A stretch of 26,529 nucleotides of DNA from an uncultured bacterium. Its GTDB lineage: Bacteria > Omnitrophota > Omnitrophia > Omnitrophales > CAZPNG01. Below the pieces are notes generated by a model. It was not told the origin of the DNA. It did no database searches and saw only the letters and a program-made list of their open reading frames with translations. The DNA lies in contig CAZPNG010000154.1 in the NCBI GenBank assembly GCA_964587845.1, positions 1 to 26,529 on the forward strand. The letters are read 5' to 3'. Both the position numbers and the translations under genes were made by a program. Of the stretch, positions 14,366 through 26,173 are shown one piece after another; position 1 is the first letter of the stretch, and each line of letters starts with the position of its first letter.

Positions 14366-17300
14366 ATGAAGCGTCCCATCCTGTGGGGTTTCGCTGTGCT
14401 GTGCCTGCTCCTCGCGGCGGTTCTGTCTGCCGAGGCTTATGCGTTCTGGATCTGGTCCCCCGAAACCAAAACTTTCGTGAATCCCGAGGGAACCGTGCAG
14501 GACACGGCGGAGGAGCAGTTCACCTACGCCATGAAGCTCTATTCCAATGGGGAGACGGGTGAGGCCGTCAAGGAATTGTCGAAGCTTCTCAAAGAGTATC
14601 CCACCTCCACGACCGCGCCCAAGGCGCAATTCCAGCTTGCGGTCCTGCACGAAGATGCCGGCTCGCCGTACAAAGCTTTTGAAGCGCACCGGGACTTGTG
14701 GCGCACGTATCCCCAAAGCGATCAGTTGGACGAGTCGCTGAAGCGCGCTTTCCAGATCGGCAATGTGTTTCTCTCCGGCAAGAAAGGCAAGGTGCTCGGC
14801 TTGGCGGTGGTGCCGGTCCTGCCGCGCGCGGAGGAAGTGTTCTCGGAAATCGGGACCTGGGCGCCTTACTCGGAGTGGGGTGACCGGGCCCAGTTCTCCT
14901 TGGGGCTAGCGCGCAAGCAAATGGCGAAGTACCAGGAAGCCATCCAGGCCTTCCAGGACCTCGTCGACCGATACCCCAGAAGCGAGTTCGTCCCGGACGC
15001 GCGCTATCAGATGGCGGAGTGCACCCTGCTTTACAGCGCGCAGGGGGAGCGCGACGACCGCGTCTTCCAGCAAGCCCAGAGCCGCTTCGACACGTTCCTC
15101 AAGCAGTACCCTGGAAGCTCCTCCTTCGAGAAAGCGCAGGCGCTCAAGCGCGAGGTCGAAGAGCGCAAGGCGGAGAAGGATTTTCTCATCGGCAAGTACT
15201 ACGAAGATCGTCATTACCTAGACAGCGCGCGCATTTATTACGAGGGCGTGGCGGCCGAGTACGCGGACACCGCGTGGGGCAAGCGAGCGGCCGAGCGGCT
15301 CGAGAAGCTGAAATCTCCGGAGAAGTTTTGGCGGGACCGCGAGGAAGTGCTGGCGAAGGACCTTGCCTCCCTCGAGCAGAAGGAGCGCGCGCTGGCCCAG
15401 CGCGAGCGCGACGTGACCGGCCAGCCGATCCAGGGCCGCGAGCGGGAGCTCCTGAACGCCGAGAAAAAGAGCATCGTGCAGGACGAGCAGGCCCTGCGCC
15501 GCAAGCTCCAGAAGTTCAAGACGACCAAGGTGCAAGAGTTTCGCAGCCGCCAGAAGGCGCTGGACCGGGAGGGGCAGGCGCTCAGGGAGAAGCACAAGAC
15601 CCTCAAGCAAAAGGCCAAACTTCTCAAGCGTAACCCTTCTCCCGACTTGAACCGCGCCATCGAGCGCTGGCAGGATTCGCTGGCGGCCGAAGAGTTGTCG
15701 CTTGCGCGCCGGCGCGGCGAGCTTGAAAACCTGCGCCGCGCGTGGGGCGTTGGGCCGAACCTTCAAGAGATCGTCGGGGGGTGGGTGAGCGGCCGGCCGA
15801 GCCCCGAGCGGCGGGTCGAAAAGCTGCTGCAGTACAGAGCGCACGATCTGGCCTCGATCGGCAAGAAGCGCCATCGCATCCGGGTGGCGAAGCGCTCCCT
15901 GTACCGCGAGCGGGAAACCCTGGAGCATGCCCAGCGCGCAATCGATCTCGAGCTCATCAACCTTGTTCTGGACAAGAAGGAGTTCCGCCACGCTTTGGCG
16001 CGCGGCCCTTCGGGCCTCGAGCGAAAGCGGCTGGCTCTGGAGGAGGAAGAGAGGCGTCTCGCCTTTCTGGAAGAGCGTCTCGCGGTCCGCCGCCACATGC
16101 TCGGGTTAGAGGCCGGAGCCCTGCGCTTTCCCGCCGAGCGGGGAGTGAGGTTGGAAGCTTTGATCCGCGAGCGCGAACTCCGCCGCCGTCATCTGGCGCG
16201 GGCCGTGCGCGCCAAGCGCGCCGAGATTCAGTCGACCCACAATGCCTTCGAGATGGCGTTCGAGTCATTGCCTGCACAGGTCCTGCCCGTGATCACGGCC
16301 GACAGTCCGCAGCGCGATTCCCGCCAGGCGCGCAAAGCCTTGAAGGACCTCGAGCGGCGCGTGCGCCAGGGCATCGACGAAATCCGTGACCGCAAGAGGG
16401 CCAAGCAGAAGAGAATTGCCGACCTGGCCGAGGTGTTGCGCGAAGCCCGCCGGGAGAGGCGGCCCAGGATCCTGGAAGCCGGGCACAAGATCGCCCGGCC
16501 CGGCTTCGTGTTCTTGGAGTTAACGAAGGCCTTTTTCGTGGGTGTTGAGGAGGAAGAGACGCGCGTCGATCAGCAAGCCCGCCGGGACACGCGGCACGTG
16601 ACGGAGGAATGGCGGGGCCAGATTCAGGCCCTGCGCGAAGCCATTGCCTTGGAGAATGTGATGATCGCCGCGCGCGCGTTTGAAGTGCGCACGGCCGAGA
16701 ATGAGCTGCTCAAATTGCGCGCCGAGACGATGGGGAATCGGCCAACGGAAGTCCGAAGTATCCTGCCGGCCACGCCTCGGGGGTTCGTGAACCAGGCGCA
16801 CAGCCAGGCCGCTTTGCATATGTCGACCGATGCTGAGAAGGGGGTCTTGATCGACCGGCTCGACCGGGAAACGCGCACCTTGGCCGAACTGGAGCGAGAG
16901 TTGCGCAATGTGAACATGGACCTTGCGGCTGCGCGCGCCCAGCGCCTGCGTCGAGCGCGGCCCCAGGCGGAGCCGCCCGGTGCCCCCGCTCCGGCAGCGC
17001 CGCGCGTCGCCCCTGCCGAGCGGCGCGCTCGGGCAGGGCATTCTCTGGCGCGTTTTGAACGCGTTTTTGCGGCCAAGCGCGCGCGTTTCGAGCGCGCACG
17101 CCTGGGGCTGGAGCGCGAGCTGGCTCAAGTTTACCGGACTTCTCCGGATGCGTCTTTGCGCGAGTCTATCCGCGTTGAGGAGCGGAAGCTCTTTAGCAAG
17201 TTGGACCGCCTGCGCGATCACGAGCGCGAGACCTCGCAGTCCATCCTCAAACTGCTTGATGAGGAGCAAGCGCTTTTGGGCCGGGAGCGCGAGCTCGTGG

Positions 17301-17497
17301 CCCAAAAGATCGACCGCTTCGAGCAATCCATGTCGCAGCGGTCCGTCGCGGATTCGGCCGCGAGCAGCTGGCGCTCCCGCGTGAGCGGAGAGCGCGAGCG
17401 GCTTGCGACGCGCCTCACCTCCCTGGACCGGGCCTCAGGCCTTGCCCAACGGGAGAGGCGCCAGATGTTGGAAGCGCGAGGAGACGTGGCGCGGTGA
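14366..17497 (+). CDS. BamD-like TPR protein (aa ~27-315) with a ~730-aa predicted coiled-coil C-terminal extension
   Basis: Signal peptide ends AEAYA. TPR helices (EEQFTYAMKLY..LLKEYPTS..APKAQF; AIQAFQDLVDRYPRSEFVPDARY; FLKQYPGS; KAEKDFLIGKYY..SARIYY..AWGKRAAERL) follow the BamD layout. The rest is E/R/L/A/K-rich and helical. The gene is immediately upstream of lptE. Confidence 0.7.
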   Translation: MKRPILWGFAVLCLLLAAVLSAEAYAFWIWSPETKTFVNPEGTVQDTAEEQFTYAMKLYSNGETGEAVKELSKLLKEYPTSTTAPKAQFQLAVLHEDAGSPYKAFEAHRDLWRTYPQSDQLDESLKRAFQIGNVFLSGKKGKVLGLAVVPVLPRAEEVFSEIGTWAPYSEWGDRAQFSLGLARKQMAKYQEAIQAFQDLVDRYPRSEFVPDARYQMAECTLLYSAQGERDDRVFQQAQSRFDTFLKQYPGSSSFEKAQALKREVEERKAEKDFLIGKYYEDRHYLDSARIYYEGVAAEYADTAWGKRAAERLEKLKSPEKFWRDREEVLAKDLASLEQKERALAQRERDVTGQPIQGRERELLNAEKKSIVQDEQALRRKLQKFKTTKVQEFRSRQKALDREGQALREKHKTLKQKAKLLKRNPSPDLNRAIERWQDSLAAEELSLARRRGELENLRRAWGVGPNLQEIVGGWVSGRPSPERRVEKLLQYRAHDLASIGKKRHRIRVAKRSLYRERETLEHAQRAIDLELINLVLDKKEFRHALARGPSGLERKRLALEEEERRLAFLEERLAVRRHMLGLEAGALRFPAERGVRLEALIRERELRRRHLARAVRAKRAEIQSTHNAFEMAFESLPAQVLPVITADSPQRDSRQARKALKDLERRVRQGIDEIRDRKRAKQKRIADLAEVLREARRERRPRILEAGHKIARPGFVFLELTKAFFVGVEEEETRVDQQARRDTRHVTEEWRGQIQALREAIALENVMIAARAFEVRTAENELLKLRAETMGNRPTEVRSILPATPRGFVNQAHSQAALHMSTDAEKGVLIDRLDRETRTLAELERELRNVNMDLAAARAQRLRRARPQAEPPGAPAPAAPRVAPAERRARAGHSLARFERVFAAKRARFERARLGLERELAQVYRTSPDASLRESIRVEERKLFSKLDRLRDHERETSQSILKLLDEEQALLGRERELVAQKIDRFEQSMSQRSVADSAASSWRSRVSGERERLATRLTSLDRASGLAQRERRQMLEARGDVAR

Positions 17498-18018
17498 ACG
17501 GTCGTCGGCTCCTGGCCCTGGGGGTTCTGAGCCTCGCCGGCCTCCTTGCCGGCTGCGGCTACACCAACAAGACGACCTTGCCGAGGGAAATCCGGACGAT
17601 CGTGGTTCCAACCTTTGAAGACCGCATTCCCCAGGAGGTGGAGTTCACCCATCAAGCCGGCCTGCCCGTCGATGTCACGAATGCCGTGATCGACCGGCTG
17701 CTCTTCGACGGCAACCTTCGGGTGGTGGATGAGAAGGACGCGGACGTGACGCTCGTGGGCAAGATCATCCGTTTTGACCAGGAACCCACGCGCTTCAACG
17801 AGCAGGAACGCGTGGAAGAGTACCGCCTCATCATCACCGCGCGCGTCACCCTTTTGGACAACCGCACCCAGAAACCGCTGTGGATTGAGCCGAACCTCAG
17901 CGGCGACATCGAGTTTTTCCTTGAAGGCTCGCGGGCCATGGGCCAGAGGCGCGCCGTGGAGGATGCCATCAAGGAAATCGCGCGCAACATCGTGGACCGC
18001 ATCGTCGAGGATTGGTGA
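17494..18018 (+). CDS. lptE: LPS assembly lipoprotein LptE
   Basis: Lipobox LAGC then GY, IRTIVVPTF, ADVTLVGKI, EEYRLIITARVTL, AIKEIARNIVDRIVEDW. It precedes holA, as in the conserved lptE-holA arrangement. GTGA overlap with the upstream stop. Confidence 0.85.
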   Translation: MNGRRLLALGVLSLAGLLAGCGYTNKTTLPREIRTIVVPTFEDRIPQEVEFTHQAGLPVDVTNAVIDRLLFDGNLRVVDEKDADVTLVGKIIRFDQEPTRFNEQERVEEYRLIITARVTLLDNRTQKPLWIEPNLSGDIEFFLEGSRAMGQRRAVEDAIKEIARNIVDRIVEDW

Positions 18019-18024
18019 GGGTGG

Positions 18025-18987
18025 GTGGAACGGCCGGTTCTTCTTGTCCTGGGCGTTCGGCACAAGCGGCAGGCGGCGGCCCAGGAAGCTCTCGCCACTT
18101 GGGACAAGCACCTCGCCGCCCGGCCTGAAGCGTGGGTTCGCCTCCTCGCTGACCCCGGTTGCGCGGCCCGCATCCTCGAGCAGGCGCGCACCTACCCGCT
18201 GGGCGCCGAGCGGCAGCTCGTTTGGGTGGAGGAGGCCGACCGCCTTCACGCCGCCGACCAAGCGCACCTCACGACCTACCTTGAGCATCCCGCCCCTTTC
18301 AGCATGATCGTGCTGGCCGCCGATTCCTGGGACCGCCGCACGGCGTTCTATAAAGCCATAGCCGCCAAGAAATGGGTGCTTTCCTGCGAAGAAGAAGGAA
18401 CAGGCTCGAGCGCTCAGGAGTTTGACCGGTGGGCGCGAGCGCGAGCCATTCGCCTGGAGGAAGGTGCTCGCCGCTACCTGGCCGGCCAGCTCGAGCTTTC
18501 CCCCGATCTTCTCCCCGACCTCCAAGCCCGCCTGGAACTCTTCGCGGAGCCGGGCCAGGCGCTCCAGGAGGCGGCGGCGAGAGCGCTGGCTCCGGAAACG
18601 GTGGCGACCGACGCCTTCGCTCTTTTGGATGACTTTTTTTCAGGCAGGCCCGCCGAGGGCGTCAAGCGGTTGCGCTCGCTCTCGCGGCGCTCGGAGGAGT
18701 GGACAGAGCTGGTAGGAGCCATCCACTGGTCGGCGCGGCGCATGTGGATCGCCGCGCGCCTTCACGCCCACGTTTCTCCGGTTGGCCTGGCTCGCGAGCT
18801 GGGCGTTTCCCCCTCCCGGGCTCGCGAGCTGGCCGAGCGCGCTCAAAGGCTGGGGCGCGGGAAAATTGAGCGGCTGATTGAAGAGCTCTCGGAGATCGAC
18901 GCGGCGTTTAAAGTGAGCAGCCCGAACGCGGCCGAGCGGCTGGAGTTCCTGTTGATGTCGTTGAGCGTTACGCCAAAAGGCGCATGA
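18025..18987 (+). CDS. holA: DNA polymerase III delta subunit (divergent)
   Basis: ILEQARTYPLGAERQLVWVEEAD, YLEHPAPFSMIVL, DRRTAFYKAI, DAFALLDDF, LSEIDAAFK..LEFLL. Syntenic between lptE and rpsT. Confidence 0.8.
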   Translation: MERPVLLVLGVRHKRQAAAQEALATWDKHLAARPEAWVRLLADPGCAARILEQARTYPLGAERQLVWVEEADRLHAADQAHLTTYLEHPAPFSMIVLAADSWDRRTAFYKAIAAKKWVLSCEEEGTGSSAQEFDRWARARAIRLEEGARRYLAGQLELSPDLLPDLQARLELFAEPGQALQEAAARALAPETVATDAFALLDDFFSGRPAEGVKRLRSLSRRSEEWTELVGAIHWSARRMWIAARLHAHVSPVGLARELGVSPSRARELAERAQRLGRGKIERLIEELSEIDAAFKVSSPNAAERLEFLLMSLSVTPKGA

Positions 18988-19219
18988 AGCGGGAGACTTT
19001 GCGGCTGGCGCGCCGGCGCGGGATCACGCCGACATGGGCCGCGCGGCTGTACTTGCCGATGACGGCAGGCAGGAGCTTCTGGGCGGCTGCGCGGTCAGTC
19101 TTGGCAAGCTCATAGAGCTTGAGCGAGAGGTTCTCCAGTTCCGTTTGCGCATGCTGGTTGCGCACGTGGCGCCGGGCGTCCTGGCGCATCCGCTTGGCTG
19201 CAGAGGGTAAGTTCGGCAT
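18968..19219 (-). CDS. rpsT: 30S ribosomal protein S20
   Basis: MPNLPSAAKRMRQDARRHVRN..AAHVGVIPRRRASRKVSR. Converges on holA in the conserved arrangement. Confidence 0.92.
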   Translation of the reverse strand: MPNLPSAAKRMRQDARRHVRNQHAQTELENLSLKLYELAKTDRAAAQKLLPAVIGKYSRAAHVGVIPRRRASRKVSRFMRLLA

Positions 19220-19224
19220 AAGGG

Positions 19225-19253
19225 CCGACAGGCTAGCACAACTTCTTTATCAT
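19225..19253 (+). promoter_or_regulatory. Possible murJ-operon promoter overlapping the rpsT promoter
   Basis: CCGACA (19225-19230), 17-nt spacer, TATCAT (19248-19253). Confidence 0.35.
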
Positions 19254-19258
19254 GTCAA
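19230..19258 (-). promoter_or_regulatory. rpsT promoter
   Basis: Minus strand TTGACA (19258-19253), 17-nt spacer, TGc extended -10, TAGCCT (19235-19230). The ATG lies 10 nt downstream. Confidence 0.65.
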
Positions 19259-20925
19259 AACCTTCTCATTCTCCAGGCGCGCGCGGCGCGAGAGCCGGCT
19301 CGCCGCATCTGACTGATTTACACGGCGCCCCGGCCGAAGAGGGGTCTGTCTTCGCGGGCCCGGCGAGCGAGAAGCTCGCGCTCCTGAAGCACGCCCGCCA
19401 AGTGGGGTCCTTGACGCTCGCCAGCCGCGTGGTCGGCATGTTTCGCGACATCGTCAATGCGGGCCTCTTCGGCACCGGCATGGTGTGGGACGCGTTCGTC
19501 TACGCCTTCATGATTCCCAACTTCCTGCGGGGTCTCGTGGCCGAGGGGGCGCTCTCGAGCGCCTTCATTCCGGTGTACGCTCAGGTCAGGAAGGAGGGCG
19601 GCCCTCAAGCCGCCTTTCGCTTCGGCCGGCTGATCTTAAACGGGCTGGCCATCGCCTGGCTCGGCGCGCTCGCCCTCGTGTACCTCGCCCTGGCGTGGGT
19701 CCCGCAGGCGTTTGGTTTAAGCCCCAAGCTCGCGCTCGCGATCGAGCTCCTTCGGGTCGTCTTCCCCTACATTGTATTTCTGTCGCTGGCGGCCGTGTGC
19801 ATGGCGATGCTCAACTCGGAAAACCACTTTGTCATTCCCGCGCTGTCTCCCTGCCTGATGAATTTCATCTGGCTCCTCGCCGTCGGGGTGGCCTGTCCGC
19901 TGGCGGGTGGCAGCCTCGAGCGGCAGGCCTTTGTGTTGGCCGCGATCGTCTCGGTGGGGGGCTTGATTCAGCTTGTCTTGAACGGCGGGGCGCTCTCGCG
20001 GCGGGGATTCCGGTGGCGTTGGGAATGGAAGCACGATGACCCGCTCGCCGGGCGGTTCTTCGCGCTCCTGGCCCCAGCTGCTCTCGGCTATGCCATTACC
20101 CAGGTGAACCTGTTCATCGATCTCTCGTTCGGATTTTTCCTGGGTGACGGCGCGAGTTCCAGTCTTTGGTACGGCAACCGGCTCATGCAGTTTCCCATGG
20201 GAATTATCTCGATCGCCATGGCCACGGCGCTCTTCCCGCTCTTGAGCCGCGCCGCGGCCTCGCGGGATCATGTGCAGCTTGAGGAGACCCTGACCTTCTC
20301 GCTCAAGACCGTGTTCCTCATCATCTTGCCGGCCAGCGCCGGCCTGATCGTCCTCTCGGAGCCCATCATGCGGGTGCTCTTTGAGCGCGGGCGCTTTGAC
20401 GAGGTGTCCACGCTGCGGGCGTCCCGCGTGCTGGTTTGCTACGCCATCGGCCTTTTTGCGCACTCTGGATCCAAGCTCCTGCGCGCCGCGTTTTATTCCC
20501 TGCAAGACGTGAAGATGCCGGTGCGCGTCGGCGCCGCCGCGGTGACGCTCAACGTGGTGTTGAACCTCATCCTCATGCGCTATCTGGCGGAAGCGGGCCT
20601 GGCGCTCGCCACCACCTTGAGCGGGATCTTCGAGTTCGCCGTCTTGATGGTGCTCCTCAAAGCGAAGATTCACTTCCCGGGTGCGAGGGCCCTGGCGCGC
20701 GTTTCCCTGCAGGCCCTTGCGGCGAGCGCGGTGATGGCGGCGCTCGTGACGGTCTTGTTCGACTGGATGTCTGCGCGCCTTGCGCCGATGGGCTTCTGGG
20801 GCGAGGCCCTGGCGCTCGCCGCAGTCATGGCTCTGGGCGCCGCGGCCTACGCGGGGCTGGCGCGGCTTTTCGGCGTGCGCGAGCTGGCGCGTGCCGTCCA
20901 AACGTTGTCCAGAAAGGCGCCGTGA
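19252..20925 (+). CDS. murJ: Lipid II flippase MurJ (start codon uncertain)
   Basis: TLASRVVGMFRD..DAFVYAFMIPNFLRGLVAEGALSSAFIPV, YGNRLMQFPMGI, LFERGRF, FYSLQDVKMP, GLALATTLS. The first ~38 codons look non-homologous. Confidence 0.93.
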   Translation: MSKPSHSPGARGARAGSPHLTDLHGAPAEEGSVFAGPASEKLALLKHARQVGSLTLASRVVGMFRDIVNAGLFGTGMVWDAFVYAFMIPNFLRGLVAEGALSSAFIPVYAQVRKEGGPQAAFRFGRLILNGLAIAWLGALALVYLALAWVPQAFGLSPKLALAIELLRVVFPYIVFLSLAAVCMAMLNSENHFVIPALSPCLMNFIWLLAVGVACPLAGGSLERQAFVLAAIVSVGGLIQLVLNGGALSRRGFRWRWEWKHDDPLAGRFFALLAPAALGYAITQVNLFIDLSFGFFLGDGASSSLWYGNRLMQFPMGIISIAMATALFPLLSRAAASRDHVQLEETLTFSLKTVFLIILPASAGLIVLSEPIMRVLFERGRFDEVSTLRASRVLVCYAIGLFAHSGSKLLRAAFYSLQDVKMPVRVGAAAVTLNVVLNLILMRYLAEAGLALATTLSGIFEFAVLMVLLKAKIHFPGARALARVSLQALAASAVMAALVTVLFDWMSARLAPMGFWGEALALAAVMALGAAAYAGLARLFGVRELARAVQTLSRKAP

Positions 20926-22439
20926 AGGACCTAAAGGAAACCGTGCGCGCTCTGCCCCACCGGCCGGGCGTTTACCTGTTCAAAGACAAGGATGCGGGGG
21001 TGCTGTACATCGGCAAGGCCGCGGACCTGCGCAAGCGCGTGGCTTCCTATCTGACCCAGCGTTGGAATAGCCCCAAGCTCGAGGCCATGACGGGCAAGAT
21101 TGCCTCCGTGGATTGCGTGGAGACGCCGACCGAGGTGGAGGCGCTGCTGCTCGAAGCGCACCTCGTCAAAGAGCTCGAGCCCCGATACAACACGATGCTG
21201 CGGGACGACAAGAGCTACCCGCTCTTGAAGATCTCCGGCGAGCGGTTTCCGCGCCTCTCGCTTGCGCGCCGGCAGCCGGGGCACCCGCTGAAAGCGGGTC
21301 GGCTGGCAAGTCCCCGAAGGTCGACAGACCGGAGGTGGGGGCGCCGCGGGCAAGACCGGCGCGCCTCTTACTACGGCCCCTTTACGGACGCCAAACTCTT
21401 GCGGGAGGCGATCCGCATCATCAACACGATCTTCCCGCTGCGCAAGTGCCAACCGCTCCCCAAGCGGGAGTGCCTGTATTATCATCTGCACCAGTGCCTG
21501 GCTCCCTGCATCAAGCCCGACGTGAAGCCAGAGTACGACCGCGTGGTCGGAGAGGTGAAGCGCTTTTTGGCGGGCGGCAAGAAAAGCTTGATCGAGTACC
21601 TCACGGAGCGCATGGAGGAGGCGGCCGGGGAGCTTCGCTTTGAAGACGCTCAGATGTTTAAAGAGCAGCTTGACGCGCTCTCGCGCCTGCGCCGCCGCCG
21701 GTTCCATCCCGCACAGCCCCCCGGCCGTGCGGTGGCGCTCTCAGCCACCCAGGAGTTGAAGTCCGTCTTTCGGCTCAAACGGCTTCCCGAGCGCATCGTC
21801 TGCTTCGACGTGTCCAACGTGCAGGGCGCTTACGCGACCGCCTCGCGCGTGAGCTTTTACCGCGAGCTGCCCGACAAGAACGAGTACCGCCGCTACCGCA
21901 TCCGCACGGTGCGGGGCATCGACGACTACGCCATGATCCGCGAAGTCGTGACGCGCATGATCTGCGGCCTGCGGGAAGGGCGGGAAGCGTTTGATCCCGA
22001 TCTCCTGCTGATCGACGGGGGCAGGGGGCACTTGTCCTCGGCCCTGCGGGCCATGAAGGCGGAGGGCTACGAGGGCCCTCTCGTGGTGGCCATTGCGAAA
22101 CGCTTCGAGCACCTGTACACTTCTCACTCACCGGGGCCGGTCGTGCTGGAGCGGGATTCCTCGGCCCTTCGGCTGCTCATCCGCGTGAGGGACGAGGCGC
22201 ACCGTTTCGCGGTCAGCTACCATCGCTTGTTGCGCTCCAAGGGCTTGCAGGCGTCACTCCTGGACCACATTCCGGGCGTGGGCGAGGAACGCAAGCGGCA
22301 ACTTTTGCGCGCGTTCGGGTCCGTGGAGGCGATTCGCGACGCCGAACCGGCCGTGCTGGCGAGACTGCACGGCATGAATGCGGCGATCGCGCACCGGGTC
22401 AGTTCCTATCTCGCGCGGGCATCGGGAAGTGCGGCGTAA
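20922..22439 (+). CDS. uvrC: Excinuclease ABC subunit C (505 aa, including a 25-aa insert)
   Basis: GTGA overlap with the murJ stop. GIY-YIG domain [40 protein letters not shown], Cys cluster [16 protein letters not shown] motif, RNase H-like [26 protein letters not shown] and HhH IPGVG. Confidence 0.96.
   Translation: MKDLKETVRALPHRPGVYLFKDKDAGVLYIGKAADLRKRVASYLTQRWNSPKLEAMTGKIASVDCVETPTEVEALLLEAHLVKELEPRYNTMLRDDKSYPLLKISGERFPRLSLARRQPGHPLKAGRLASPRRSTDRRWGRRGQDRRASYYGPFTDAKLLREAIRIINTIFPLRKCQPLPKRECLYYHLHQCLAPCIKPDVKPEYDRVVGEVKRFLAGGKKSLIEYLTERMEEAAGELRFEDAQMFKEQLDALSRLRRRRFHPAQPPGRAVALSATQELKSVFRLKRLPERIVCFDVSNVQGAYATASRVSFYRELPDKNEYRRYRIRTVRGIDDYAMIREVVTRMICGLREGREAFDPDLLLIDGGRGHLSSALRAMKAEGYEGPLVVAIAKRFEHLYTSHSPGPVVLERDSSALRLLIRVRDEAHRFAVSYHRLLRSKGLQASLLDHIPGVGEERKRQLLRAFGSVEAIRDAEPAVLARLHGMNAAIAHRVSSYLARASGSAA
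21266..21346 (+). mobile_element. 75-bp palindromic element plus 6-bp direct repeat, in-frame within uvrC (copy 2)
   Basis: GCGCCG at 21266-21271 and 21341-21346, 75 nt apart. Internal hairpins CAGCCG..ACCCGC-TGAAA-GCGGGT-CGGCTG and GGTC-GACA-GACC. It encodes [25 protein letters not shown]. Confidence 0.85.
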
Positions 22440-22452
22440 TGGAGCGGGTACG

Positions 22453-23568
22453 ATGAACGAATCTCTGGTCCGTCTGAAGGAAACAATTGAGCGTGTCCGC
22501 GCCAAGCTGCAGGAGTTGGTGCGCTTCGTCGATCTCGACGGCAAGCGCGCGGAAATCGACCGCCTCAACGTGGAAATGGCGCGGGAGGGCTTTTGGTCAA
22601 GCCGCGAGCAAGCGCAAAAGGTGGTCGAGTCCCTGAAGGATCTCAAGGCCCTGGCGCAGCCGGTGGAGGAGACTCAGCGGAGCGTGAGCGAGCTCAGTGA
22701 GCTCAGCGAGCTCTTGCGGGACGATGAGGAAGCCGGTTGCAAGGATCTGGAAGAAGAGGCGCGGCGACTCGAAGCGCGCGTCGATGCGCTGAGCTTCCAG
22801 CGCCTGATGTCGGGCCCGCTGGATCGCTCGGGCGCGATCGTCAGCATCAACGCGGGGGCGGGGGGCACGGAGTCCTGCGACTGGGCCAGCATGCTCCTAC
22901 GCATGTATAGCCGCTGGGCGGAGCGCAGGGGGTTCAGCGTGAGCCTGGTGGACGTGATGCCGGGGGAGGAAGCCGGGATCAAGAACGCCACCTTTTTTGT
23001 GCGCGGCGCTTACGCCTATGGATACCTCAAGGCCGAGCGCGGGGTGCACCGGCTTGTGCGCATCAGCCCCTTTGACGCCAACAAGCGCCGGCACACCTCG
23101 TTCGCTTCCCTCGACGTCATTGCGGAGGTGGAGGACGCCCTCGAGGTGGAGTTGAAGGAGAGCGACATCCGCATGGACACCTACCGCGCCGGCGGCGCCG
23201 GCGGCCAGCACGTCAACAAGACCTCTTCGGCCGTCCGCTTGACGCACGTTCCGTCGGGCATCGTGGTCCAGTGCCAGAACGAGCGCTCGCAGTTTCAAAA
23301 CCGCCAAACCGCGTTGAAGGTCTTGAAAGCGCGGCTTTATGAGAAGCGCCTGCGGGACGACGAGGAGAAGCTTCGAAAGGAGTACGGCGAGAAGAAGGAG
23401 ATCGCCTGGGGCAGCCAGATCCGTTCCTACGTGTTCCAACCCTACAAGATGGTCAAAGATCTTCGCTCGGGCGTCGAGACCTCGGACGTGGACGGGGTCA
23501 TGGACGGGGACTTGGACGGTTTCATGGAAGCGTATTTGAAGAGTTTAGGCACCTTAGGGGAATCGTAA
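22453..23568 (+). CDS. prfB: Peptide chain release factor 2, uninterrupted reading frame
   Basis: SD GGAG before the ATG at 22453. [11 protein letters not shown], the RF2-specific SPF motif (RISPFD), GGQ (GAGGQHVN) and WGSQIRSYV. Confidence 0.97.
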   Translation: MNESLVRLKETIERVRAKLQELVRFVDLDGKRAEIDRLNVEMAREGFWSSREQAQKVVESLKDLKALAQPVEETQRSVSELSELSELLRDDEEAGCKDLEEEARRLEARVDALSFQRLMSGPLDRSGAIVSINAGAGGTESCDWASMLLRMYSRWAERRGFSVSLVDVMPGEEAGIKNATFFVRGAYAYGYLKAERGVHRLVRISPFDANKRRHTSFASLDVIAEVEDALEVELKESDIRMDTYRAGGAGGQHVNKTSSAVRLTHVPSGIVVQCQNERSQFQNRQTALKVLKARLYEKRLRDDEEKLRKEYGEKKEIAWGSQIRSYVFQPYKMVKDLRSGVETSDVDGVMDGDLDGFMEAYLKSLGTLGES

Positions 23569-23569
23569 C

Positions 23570-26146
<2,577 letters not shown>

Positions 26147-26173
26147 ACTCGCAGCCTTCCTTTTCTCGAACCC

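Noticed and set aside
17218-18525. Long antisense or alternate-frame ORFs (also 12672-13796, 12985-14019, 19717-20901, 25178-26137, 6556-7341 and others)
   Set aside because: They are shadow frames of confidently identified genes in high-GC DNA, with low-complexity R/A/P/G-rich translations and no motifs.
20436-20921. ORF-track 162-aa N-terminal extension of UvrC
   Set aside because: It overlaps murJ in another frame. Homology starts at the GTG at 20922 that overlaps the murJ stop.
22378-22452. ORF-track N-terminal extension of RF2
   Set aside because: It overlaps the uvrC end. The ATG at 22453 has an SD and gives a normal-length RF2.
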